A DNA stretch of 64,000 nt, taken from NCBI GenBank assembly GCA_964035545.1, contig OZ037765.1:20646995-20710994 (forward strand). The letters run 5' to 3'. How positions within the stretch are numbered: the first letter of the stretch is position 1; each line of letters begins with the position of its first letter. This DNA comes from Bugula neritina. Taxonomy: Eukaryota > Animalia > Bryozoa. Of this stretch, positions 52,001 through 64,000 are shown piece after piece. A model generated the notes under the pieces. That model saw only the letters and a list, made by a program, of their open reading frames with translations, was not told the DNA's origin and searched no databases. The translations under genes were made by a program, and so were the position numbers.

Positions 52001-55000
52001 GTTCAATCCTGTGATACGATATCTCTTTCAGCTTGTCCTCCTATGACTGCACTGAGGTGTGCTCCAAAGTACCATAACTCATACTCCATCGAATTTCTGT
52101 GTCTCAATAATCACTCAATTTGTGATGGTCACGAGGACTGTATCGGTGGAGAGGATGAGAGGAACTGTATCTGCCCGTAGATATCATTTTAGTTATTCTC
52201 CTTTCTTCTAAATGTCTGCATATTTCTCACCGTTTTTTAAAATTTTGGAATGAATTTTTTTGTTACTCTTTTTGCTTACTCATTGATAAGAAATCATGTT
52301 TTAAGACTAATGCATTTCTGTGTGATAACTATTCATGTATTACTTCAACTCGGTAATGCGATGGTGCTTCTGATTGCGCTGATAGCTCAGACGAGTTGAA
52401 CTGTTTTTGTAGTTCTAATCAATTTCACTGCATGAACACTACCACCTGCCTCTCATACAATATGCTCTGTAATGGATTCCCGGATTGCCCGTATGCAGAT
52501 GACGAGCTTGAAACGCTGTGCAATGAGACTTGCAACGCTACCACCTTCCAGTATGCACACGTTTTTGTTTGTTCCAAGTCTATTTTTCTAGCTCTGTGTA
52601 AATCTTAGTTCTGGTTACCTTGATAATTTGTATGCAATAATTGAAGCAATTTTTTTGGTATTCTGCATTTTGTTTGCAAATTAGGCATTTAGCCTAGGGC
52701 CACATGGTGCATATTTTCGCATGCGAAAATTAAAATCACAAGTAGCAAAGGTGTCCACCGTGCGCGTTGAGAAAACGTTCGCACTTGTCGCTCTGCATTT
52801 TCAACGCAAGTGCGAATCCTCTTTGTCGTGGTCATCTAATTGGCTGGTAGTTATTCAGCGAGCCCAATTTCTTTATTTTAGTGCTACGTTCCAGTAAATT
52901 GTGTTTTTTTGAAAGCGAGTGCGATTTAAAAATGAAAGCTTTATTTATCACGCATCACTGACGCTACAGTGGACACCTTTGCTACTTGTGATTTCAATTT
53001 TTGCATGCAAAAATACGCACCGTGTGGCCCTAGGCTTAATAATTTTGCCAGTACTTGCCAGTATTCTTTGTCAGTAGAATATGCACTGTTTGATGCCATT
53101 ATTATTCTGCCTTCCTTGTTAAACTTAGCCACACCATCAAGATAGCCACTGGTTCAGATATTATTACTGTTTTTATTATATGTTATTATTACACATGATA
53201 CTACTGAAATAGCCATTGGTCCAAATACTATCTCAACTCCTAAAACCACGCGTTGCTATGACTCAACCAAGCGCTGCTGTTTAGTTGAGAACTATAAAGA
53301 TTAAACTGTTGCATCAAAATGACTGTACTATTTTTAAGCTATGGCGTTGCTATAGCTAGTGAAGTAGTTAAACTAGCTTGATCATTTGCAAAATACTACT
53401 GAGTTGTAAGTGAAATTATTGCTGTATTGCCTTAACTCCTTGTTTATGCTAAATATTTTGTTTCACTTATAATTATGCAGTGCAGCTCGTATGCTTACCT
53501 GTATTAATAAATGTTGTGTTGATGTTACAGGTGTGAGACTGGGTTTAGCATTCATAGCAGATCTAAATGCATCAACTTAAGTTGGGTTTGTGATGGTATT
53601 GTAGACTGCCCTGATTTATCAGATGAGTTAGCATCTTGCCAGGGTTAGTATATCACCAGTATATATGATACACACTCCGTATATATGTTTATTGTATAGA
53701 TGGTAGTGAGTATTTGAAAAGATGCTTTCTAATGGCCAATAGCTAATGTTAAAATGACATGAGATTTTTTTGAGATATTGAGTAAAAAATGGGAGCGCTA
53801 TTAGCTTGAGTTTTACATTGAGCAAATAGATGTTTGGTATTGTCTCATACATCTGTAGTGGAATTGTATGACTCATTGTTATTTGTTAAAAGTAATTATA
53901 TATAACTCACTGTAACAAAACGATGTGATACTTAAAATTATCAATTTTGTTTCAAAATTAAATAAACCAATAGTCATGAATAAAGTCAATTAAGATGTGG
54001 GCTATATTTCATAGGTAAATGTAATTACGTTTTAATCTATTGGTTTCCATCTTGTAGATAATTGTTCAGGCGATGCACTCTGGTGTCAACTAGAAAGTTT
54101 TTATTCGGATTACAACGTATCATTGGAATATGGCTGCCTTCCTTTTCACCATATCTGTGATGGAGTTGATGACTGTGTTGATTATCGAGATGAGCTCAAC
54201 TGTACATGCACCAGGTATTTTTATCTGCTCCTCTTGGAGGTTTCTGTGGAGAGGATGAGATGAACTCTATCTGCCTGTAGATATCATTTTAATTATTCTC
54301 CTTTCTTCTAAATGTCTGCATATTTTCACCGTTTTTTAAAACGTTGGAATGCATTTTTTTGTTACTCTTTTTGCTTCTTCATTGATTACAAATCATGTTT
54401 TAAGACTAATGCATTTCTGTGTGATAACTATTCATGTATTCCTTCAACTCGGTAATGCCATGGTGCTGGTGCTGATGGCTCAGACGAGTTCAATTGTATT
54501 TATAGTTCTAACCAATTCTCCTGTATGAACACTACCACCTGCCTCCCATACAATCTGCTATGTGATGGATTCCCGGATTGCCCGTATGCAGATGACGAGC
54601 TTGAAACGCTGTGCAATGAGACTTGCAACGCTACCACCTTCCAGTATGCACACGTTTTTGTTTGTTCCAAGTCTATTTTTCTAGCTCTGTGTAAATCTTA
54701 GTTCTGGTGACCTTGATAATTTGTATGCAATAATTAAAGTTATTTTTTAGTATTATCCATTTTGTTTGCAAATTAGGCATTTAATAATTTTGCCAATAAT
54801 CGTCAGTATTCTTTGTCTTTAACAAAGTATACACTGTTCGATGCCATTATGATTCTGCCTTCCTTGTTGAACTTAGCCACACCATCAAGATAACCGCTGG
54901 TTCAGATATTATTGTTATTGTTATTATTATTATATATTGTTATTACACATGATACCACTGAGATGGACATTGGCCCAAATACTATCTCAACTCCTTAAAC

Positions 55001-58000
55001 CATGCATTGCTATAACTCAACAAAGCACTATAAAAATTAATTAGTTGCATCAACATGACTACTATTTTTAAGCCAAAAGTTACTATAGCTAGTGAAGTAG
55101 GTAAACTAGCTTGATCACATGCAAAATGCTACTGAGTTGTAAATGAAATTATTGCTGTATTGCCTTAATTCCTTTTTTATGCTAAATATTTTGTTTCACT
55201 TATAATTATGCAGTGTAGCTCTTATGCTTACCTGTATTAATAAATGTTGTGTTGGTGTTACAGGTGTGAGACTGGGTTTAGCATTTATAGCAGATCTAAA
55301 TGCATCAACTTGAGTTGGGTTTGTGATGGTATTGTAGACTGCGCTGATTCATCAGATGAGTTGGCATCTTGTCAGGGTTAGTATATCACAAGATGCATAT
55401 GTTTTAAATTGTATAGATGAGAGTGAGTATTTGAAAAGACGCTTTCTAATGGCATATAGCTATTGTTAGAATGACATGATATTTTTTTGAGATAGTGAGT
55501 AAAAAATGGAAACGCTATTAGCTTGAGTTTTACATTGAGCAAATAGATGCTTGGTATTGTCTCATACATCTGTAGTGGAATTTTATGACTCATTGTTATT
55601 TGTTAAAAGTAATTGTATATAACTCACTGTAACAAAACACTTTGACACTTCAAATTATTAATCAATATTTCAATAATCCTGTTTTATATCAATTTTGCTT
55701 CCAAAAATAAATAAATCAAGAATCATGAATAAAGTCAATTAAGATGTGGGCTATATTTCATAGGTGGATGTAATTACGTTTTAATCTATTGGTTTCCATC
55801 TTGTAGATAACTGTTCAGGCGATGCACTCTGGTGTCAACTAGATAGTACTTATTCGGATTACAACGTATCATTGGAATATGGCTGCCTTCCTTCTTACCG
55901 TATCTGTGATGGAGTTGATGACTGTGTTGATTATCGAGATGAGCTCAACTGTACATGCACCAGGTATTTTCATCTGCTCCTCTTGGAGGTTTCTGTGTTT
56001 TCTATTGATTTATGTTAAAAGGAAATTTATTGCCAGCAACTCCAAATAAAGCCTCCAATTGAAGCTAATTTTAGCTCTGTGAGATAATAAATCGAAATAG
56101 CTAGAATTAAGGTTTTAAAATAAATGGTTTTCACCTTTGACAAATATTCTGATGCATTGAATTTCTCATACTCATGTGCATTGAATGAGACCATAGCTGT
56201 GTTGGTGTTTTGGTTCACTTGCAGTGCCAACTCAGCAATGTGATAATTTATTTTTACCTTAAATACAAACATGACACTTGCTGTGTTTGTTTGCAGCGAT
56301 CAGTACAAGTGCCTGTTTGAGGAGAAGTGTATTACTAAAAGCTGGGTATGTGACAACATAACTGATTGTATATATTCTGATGACGAGGCCAACTGTAACT
56401 ATAACGAGACCACATCCTGTCCAGGCGGTACCTGTGATTTAGGAACGACTTGTCTACATGAATGGCAAATATGTGACAATCGCACTGACTGCTTTGACGG
56501 CACTGATGAGCAGAACTGTTCTTGCGACTGGAGTATCAGTCATGGGTAATACTCAATATTCAATATTTTTGTGCTTTGTATCATTTATTAATTGTTTTTA
56601 TTGCTGTTTATATTATAATAAATATTACTCAACCAAGTTGAGCAAAATAGAATAAATTTGGAGTGTTGGCTGGTAAGTGGTTTGTTAGATTTGCTCACAT
56701 CATTATGTGAGTGTATATTTTGAAGGCGCACCTCAAATACACCCGTTAAAATACTTGTAGAATTTTATTTTTATTACTTTTTATGCCATTTAAAGTGATC
56801 AGATTTGATAACTAAGATTATGTTTTGTCTTGTAGTTGCTTCACATCTGGTCGTTATGAATGCATTTCTCATGATCAACTATGTGATGGACATGCTGATT
56901 GCTTCGACTACAGTGATGAGTTTCATTTTAAGTGCTACAGTAAGTTGTTTTCTCGATCCCTTTGTGCTGCAGTAATTTACTTTTCTCAAACTTTCCTCTC
57001 CCCATAATTCAGTGTACCCAATCTTCCCTAATTTGTAGTATCGAAACATTTTGGAATATGTTTTGAAAATTGTTTTTATGGGGTAATATTTGTTTCTGTC
57101 AGAAAAAGCATCATTGGGGCTATAAAAATGAAGTGAAATCTTTTTATTTGCAGTTTGGTTGAATCACTAAAATTACTAATGGCTATAACAAGTGGGTTTA
57201 TAAATATTTAGAAACTGTTAGGTTTGAATTATTTTTTATTTAGCAAACACAACTTTACAAATGTGAGATATTAACTACAGAAATTTTGCAAAGAGTATAT
57301 TATGGTTTTTAATATTAATTTTTCCCAAGCTATGGTATTGTAATTTTATCTTCTGGTTTATAACTGTACTATATAAGAGAGTTTTGAATTTAGCATTTTT
57401 GTTTTGAAACAGTTTTATTTGTCGCCCATATATTGCCATCATTGATTTGTTATTTGGCTCAACCCAACCTAATTGAATAAAATTAATAATTTCGAAATGT
57501 GTTGCCTAAAAGTAGTTTGCTCATAATATGTTATTTGTTTAGTTTAAATATTTTGTTGTTCATCTATAGATGAGTGTGCTGAAGTAAGTGGCTATAGCAC
57601 AAATATACTGTGTGAGTCCAGCTATGAGGAGCGCCGAATACTCTGCCTGAACCAAACTGATGAATTGGTGTGTAATGGACAATATGACTGCATTGATAAT
57701 GACGATGAGATAGTTTTTGATTGCTCCAGCTACTACTGCTCACCGTGAGTTGTTTAAGTTCACAGATTTTGCTGTCCTTTTTAAAATGAAGCACCTCATA
57801 AACCCAAAATATTATTAATAGAAACTGTACATTTTTTATGGTTTAAAATTTGAAAAAGAATGCGGTAAAAACTTTGATTATCAGCTGCTCACTTTATTCG
57901 CAGGTAATTAGCTTGATATTTTACTGAGTGAACCCTTTTTGATTTTAACAACTAGTTATGTTGAACTTGGTTGATTGTTTTCATACATTAACTAAGTTGA

Positions 58001-61000
58001 ATAATTTTCAGACAGCTTACTTTGCTACATGCAATTTATTAATGTGTTAGTACTTCGAAGTGCTAAAACCTGTACAATGCAGGAATTGTCTCTTTAGTCA
58101 TAGCATCAAAATTGTAACAAGATTCTTCTTCTTGCAGCTCTGAGTACTGGTGTGGATACCCTGATAAATGCATTGACATATCAAAAACATGCGATGGGTA
58201 TCCTGACTGTAATGAGAAACAGTTTTGGGACTCTTCAGATGAACTTGGCTGTTCTAATTGCTCCTTCAGGTTAGTATAAGTTATATACTAACATAGAGGA
58301 ATTTTTTTCAAAAAATGTGTCACTCATAAATCTATATTATAATGTGGTTTGTCAACAACTTTTTATTGTTTTAAAAATTTATGATTAGGCAGATTACATG
58401 TCTTGATGGTACGTGTATTTCATGGGATATGGTATGTGATGGGAAAATAGATTGTCCCGGGAGTAATCTTCTCTATGATGATGAAAGTGGTTGTGACTAT
58501 GGCAATGAAACGGATTGTGAAGGTACTCTTATTTATATCAACTCTTCACACATAAGAATACTTCATGAGTTTGTGGTACATTTGTGTGTGCCTCTTTATG
58601 TATTGAAATTACTTTTTATGTATATTGAACACTAAAAAACAAGTATTTACAGTAATTTTTGTAGCGATAAGACATCTAGACAATAGTAAAAAAAAATTTT
58701 TTTGCTTTTCTTTGTACTCAAAATTGTATATTATTTATAACCTGTTTAGTTTATGAGCTTTCATGTGATGGTGAGTGTGTTGGCCCGCTGCAAATATGTG
58801 ATGGAGTAAATGACTGTTCCAATGGAGATGATGAGCTGAATTGTACTTCAATCTGCCCAACTGGAACTCATAGGTGACTGTATTGTTACAAATTTATTTT
58901 ATTATAATTGATGACTAATCTTACTTTTACCCAAATTGTTCGATTCATATTTTTTTGTTTAATAGCCAAGGCAGCGATTATCGTTTGTTTATTGATTTTA
59001 TTTCCTGTTCTATTTTGTGACGCTTCTCAGTAATTTTTGCAAATAGCTATATCTAGCTTCTGCATTTTTTAAAATTATTACTTGTTGACTTTTACTATAG
59101 CAAAAGAAATGTGCTGTGCACAGGACATTTATGTAATCTCACTGTCTCATTGACCTAATTATCAACATCCTGCTACAGGTGTGAAACTGGAGCAACCATT
59201 TATTCTGCGATGGCCATAGAGATGGCTGCTGAACTTCTCTACTACAACTACAGTGACAGCTATAGTTACCTACAAGATTACTTAAGCTATCTCTCCTTGC
59301 CTGTAAACTGCTATAATGCATCAGATCTATCCTGCGAATGGGCTTACTGCGCTGATCTATCTGACATCAGAAACTGCTGTAAGTTCAGTGCTCCATGTCA
59401 TGTCAGACAGAATCAATCTTCCCCTGGTTATTGAATTGGCAGACCCACTTTATTGAGTAAAATACAGGTTTTATGTCACTAACTTACTTGAAGCCACTTT
59501 TAAGCACAGTATGAGCTGGTATTGAGAAAATCTCGTACAACAATAATGGAATATCAAACTTGACAAAATACTATTTTTTATCAATATTAGCTTCAAAATT
59601 CAGCTGCTATAATGGTTTTATATGTAACAATAATACAATGTAAAAGGTAGTGAGAGGCTTTTTCGATAATGCCAAGCTTTGATTTTCCCTAAAACTGGAA
59701 AATATGACAGATTTTCTGTGCTGTATTTATGCTACAAGATGTCAGAATAATATTACCTTGAATTAAGTGCACCAGCCCTTACCAAGTTTAGAAAACTCTT
59801 CGGGCTACGGTTTTTGTCAGTCTTTGGATTAAGACTGCTTCTTTAAATATTCTCTATTTGTGTTCTGTTTCTATTTAAGTTAGCTAACTACCCTGTTAAT
59901 TTGCGTAGCTATAATCTGCTTATTACTTGAATATATTTAAGTTATAAATTTTAGCCTGTGACAACTCAACGAGTTCAATTAACAAAGTAGTGTGCCCGTT
60001 AGTGGGTGACTTTGGTCCAGCTGCAGTGACTTGCATTGATCAATATGATGGCATAGTTTGCGATGGCACCATAGACTGCAGCAACGAGGTGGATGAAGAG
60101 GAATGTGACGATGGTATGTAGCCATTTAAATCTCTAACTGTATGCTCTACAAAATTATCATTTATATCACTACTGTTCATTGGCTGTTGTAAGAATTTAC
60201 AAATGCATGCATGAATGATTGCTGTTGGTTATTCTAAACAATGTATTTGTATTTGTAGCTCCTGGATACTGTAATGAGTAAGTACTACACTCTATTTAAA
60301 TATATAAGTAGCATGTATCTACTATCTAGTTAATACTAATGAGAACTTTGCATATAATACTTACATCCTACAGTTTTTTCCTGAGAAAACATTGTTCAGT
60401 GTGATATTGTTTGTTGTATTAGTTTATTTAAAACTGTAAATTTAATGGATTATTGTATTTGGTGATATGTTGGCTTACATTTAGTTGAGTGTATACTAGT
60501 AAACGCTTATCTGTATTTATATTATTATTTATGATGTTAAGTGTTTACTATGAGACATGCTATGAAGTTGTTCTGTATTTGCAGTTTCCAATTTACATGC
60601 CCGAACGGCTCCTGTATAAGCCTAGACAAACTTTGTGATAATGTTGCTGATTGTGACACTTATAATGGAATTACCGCCGACGAGTTTTTCTGCTCCGGAT
60701 GTGACAGCAGTAAGCTTTTTTTTACGTTTTTTATATGAAATCCATTTTCCATTCGGTTATAGTTTTTCCAATAGATTTTTATTCGCCAGTATCAAAACAT
60801 TTTATTTAGTAATTTGAGATGTTTTTATAAAATATTTTTGGTGTTTGTAGTAATAAATATGAATATTGATTACAGTGTCTGATTACTACTGTGATGGCCG
60901 GTGCATTGGACCAGAACAAATATGCGATGGGATTGACGATTGCTCGGATGGTTCAGACGAGAAATACTGTGACGAACATTGTCCCGATGGCTTGAGCCGG

Positions 61001-64000
61001 TATGCTTTGATTGAGAGTATTAGTTTCAACTAATTATATACCACAAGCGAGTATCAAATTGTATATTGATAGAAAGTAGCACCGCTCTGCTTTCAAGCTG
61101 AAATATCAAACTAACAATAATAATAAGTTGAGTTTCATGATAAATATGCATGAAGATATTTGACATAATATATGTGCATAAATCTGTGCACTGTGATTAT
61201 ATTTATTAACCATGAAATCAAAGTTTGTAATTTTATACATTTTTTTAGTGACCAAACTAGTTTAATCACTTCTTTAGCTTTAGAATGAATACTCACTTTC
61301 AGCCAATGTGCGTTCAGGCATATATTCAACTTTGAATTAAACTATTCTTGTTTTTTTATTAGATGTAAAAACTTTTTTATAATTGTATACCTAGTTTATA
61401 TTTATGATAACAATACTAAAATGCTATCTTACAATAGCTTTCTCTGTGAGAATTGATTCAACTAATGGAAATGTAGTGATAGGCTTAAAACCTGTTGAAA
61501 CTTGGTGTGTAGCTGCATTAGATGATCTCAGTTTTCCAATGTTCTATTTATTGTGTTATAAAATTTAGTTGCGATTCTGGAGCCGTTACTTCGGCAGGTC
61601 TAGCTTTATTAATTGCCGATGCACTGGGCGAAGACATGTTCAACGAGTCACTGAGGTGTTACTCAACACCAAACACCTCCAACTGGTGTGCAGCTATTAT
61701 GTGCGCAGATATGAGTGACGTTCAACACTGCAGTAAGTAAATTACAGACCGTTCTTTTCAGATATGTGTCTACTGCTTCGTTGACACAACCTAAAAAACT
61801 AGCTAAATAGACTTTTCGTGAAAGAGATAATTTAAAGCAATAAACTGTTTTGGAGTTGTCTATCCAAGCAAAAATAATTGTTTCTTATTTACAAGTTTGT
61901 TTTCACTTTATGTATAGCCTTAATCCCCCTACTGATTGCATTGCCATTCTCAAAGAAATAACAGTTTTGTTTGTTGATACTTTTACAAATGGTTAGTAGC
62001 TATTTCAATATAAATAATAACCATAAAGGGTCTTGAAGGTTTAAAACTGCTGCTAACGAGTCTACAAAATCTCGGTCGTCAAATTTATTGTTTGATGGAA
62101 TAGCCTGTGTTCAAAAGTGTAGTCAAGAAGACTCTAAATTCAATGCAATAGCAGCATTATTTTATTGGGAGCTGTCAATAATATATTGACATATGGGTTA
62201 TATTTAAAAGTTATATGCGTGTATAGTTTCCAGAGTTGAAGGTTCAATGATAATGATGTATGTAATTGCATCTAACTCATGTGGCAATTCATATTCCAAT
62301 TCATATTCCATCATATATAGCAACTCACGCCAGCATGAATAGTGGGTAGGTTCATTAACATACTGAGATTTTACATTTCATATGTGCAACTGTCATCATT
62401 TGTTTAGCCTGTGATGACATCAGACAGACTTACGACGCTTCTGGAACAAATATGAGTGAAATAGCAAACATCGTTCCAGAAGTAAACCTTCTTAGTGGTA
62501 ACCTACTCTGCCCCGTAGCAAAGCCATGGTTTTCCATACTGGTGTGTATCAGTGAAGAGCATCGCTGTGATGGGACAGAGGACTGCTTAGGTGGTGTTGA
62601 TGAGTTGGATTGTGGCTGTAAGTGTATATTTTAGACTGCGATAACATACTGTAATGTCATCAAATCTTTCTGCAAAACTGGCTTGTTCATAATATTTTTA
62701 CCAGTCGATCAGCAGAACTAGTCACTGTGTTTTCACATTTCACTTAACAAAAATAATGAGTATTATGCTTGTTTGTTTCAATATTTTAATTAACTGATTT
62801 TGATTTAGTCTGTTTTAAAATTACAACTAAAAGCCAGTAAAATACTTTTAAATTGAAAAACTTTTACCTTTTCAAGCATTTTCTTCTGTTGGTACATCTT
62901 ACAAATTCAAACTGACCTTGCAAAAGGTTTTGACGTTGATAATGTTATGATTTATTTGCAAAGTGTGTAGCAGATTTGTAAATCTATATTATCTCAATGT
63001 TATGTTGGTTAGCCTATTGCGTTAATTTAGATGATGCATGGTGTTCCCATGAGCCTGTCCCAAACTATATCTGGCAAGAACCAGACGCCTGGACCTCTGC
63101 CAGACTGTATCCCTTTGGCGAAGAAGCTGGAGATGCAGATATGCTAAGCGGGCCTGATGACTGGGAGAAATTCTCATTATGTAAAAAAATAAGGATGAAT
63201 GGCAACATAGGAGTTCAGTTTTTTAATGCCAGATATTATTATATATATGTAAGTACAGACAGACAGATTTTGTCAGTTGTGAAAGCTTCCATTCATTTAG
63301 TTTCTTTTGTTTCGAGAGTTGTCTTCCGTAGATGAAGTTTTTGAGTGGTAAAATCATTAATTTTATTAGGAATTTTTAGTCACAATAGTTGCTTCAACTG
63401 AGAGGGGCAAAATGTACTTTTCACTTTTATATGAAATATTGTACCCAAAAATATTTTAGTAACATTTGATGTCCATTCATGCTTATCCAACGACACAGTC
63501 AACACCAATGTTGGAAGAAGTAGTTCTATATATTTTAAATTGTATATGTTTTATTGTCAAGGTAATGTTATGAACAAAGACATCTCCAACCTTTCATTTT
63601 TTCATTATTTTTTAATCTAATCGCTGGACAGAATTTTGAAGCATAAATATACACATTTTAGCATTCAAAGTGTAGCAGTTTGTTTTACCGCAAATTTTTG
63701 ATTTGAATATGTTATTGTTTACAGGTATGCGGTAATGGTTTACTAACCTTCAACAACGGTTATCGATCACACTATCCAGTCAAGTTTGAGGCAGACTCAT
63801 GGTATGACGATACTCCAATCATTGCCCCTTTCTGGGGTGAAGTTAGCGAGTTTCATACTCGTCTGGTAGAAGATGTGTTTCCGGGACTGCGCGCGAAAGC
63901 ATTCTATCATGAGTATGTGAAGTCCGTTGCCATGAGTGATAACACTACAGCAGTGTTGCAGAGGGCTACCTTGGACGTCGCAAATTCAGGCAAGTATAGA
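40064..64000 (+). CDS. Giant secreted/extracellular mosaic protein: signal peptide - basic prodomain - furin site - inactive M12B (ADAMTS-like) domain - disintegrin-like - about 30 LDLa repeats - NIDO (continues beyond window)
   Basis: [13 protein letters not shown]|VVAFSEC signal peptide (40064-40103, 40233-40285), K/R-rich exon 40458-41339, RTRKKR|[33 protein letters not shown]...YIMAP...[13 protein letters not shown]...[12 protein letters not shown], many CDG..DC.D.SDE..C exons (46131-62617), and [10 protein letters not shown]...YIY|VCGNGLLTF...IIAPFWGEV. Phases were consistent wherever checked. Confidence 0.85.
52146..55997 (+). repeat. Recent tandem duplication of a three-exon LDLa block (copy 1 52146-54245, copy 2 54246-55994)
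   Basis: Exons and introns align at high identity. The junction TTTCT-GTG-GAGAGG shows GTG microhomology. Confidence 0.93.
52692..53035. mobile_element. PIF/Harbinger-type MITE (344 bp)
   Basis: TIR of about 67 bp, GCCTAGGGCCACA..GTAGCAAAGGTGTCCAC, with a TTA TSD. The empty site GGCAT-TTA-ATAATTTT is present in the duplicate copy at about 54776-54791. Confidence 0.93.

Overview
AT-rich, intron-rich animal (invertebrate-type) genomic DNA; the species cannot be determined from the sequence alone. In order: a decayed Sola-like DNA transposase relic and a PIF/Harbinger MITE; rpS2 (-) head-to-head with POLR3K/RPC11 (+); a 2-exon gene for a basic helical-repeat (STPR-like) protein; CCDC142-like (+) convergent with CACUL1-like (-); and a 2-exon DUF1761-like membrane protein gene (+). 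The 6.7-kb intron of that gene holds a TIR element with a long hairpin, a very young Gypsy-type LTR element and a probable solo LTR. The LTR element has LTRs that differ at 1 of 343 nt. It keeps gag, a -1 frameshift signal, protease and the integrase zinc finger in open frames, but has lost RT, RNase H and the integrase core. It also carries an extra C2H2 zinc-finger/coiled-coil ORF in the env position. From 40064 past the window end lies one very large multi-exon gene: signal peptide, basic prodomain, furin site, an ADAMTS/M12B-type metalloprotease domain with all three zinc-binding His replaced, a disintegrin-like domain, about 30 LDLa repeats and a NIDO domain. All gene models were spliced by hand using GT/AG sites and phase continuity; family calls come from remembered motifs, not database searches.
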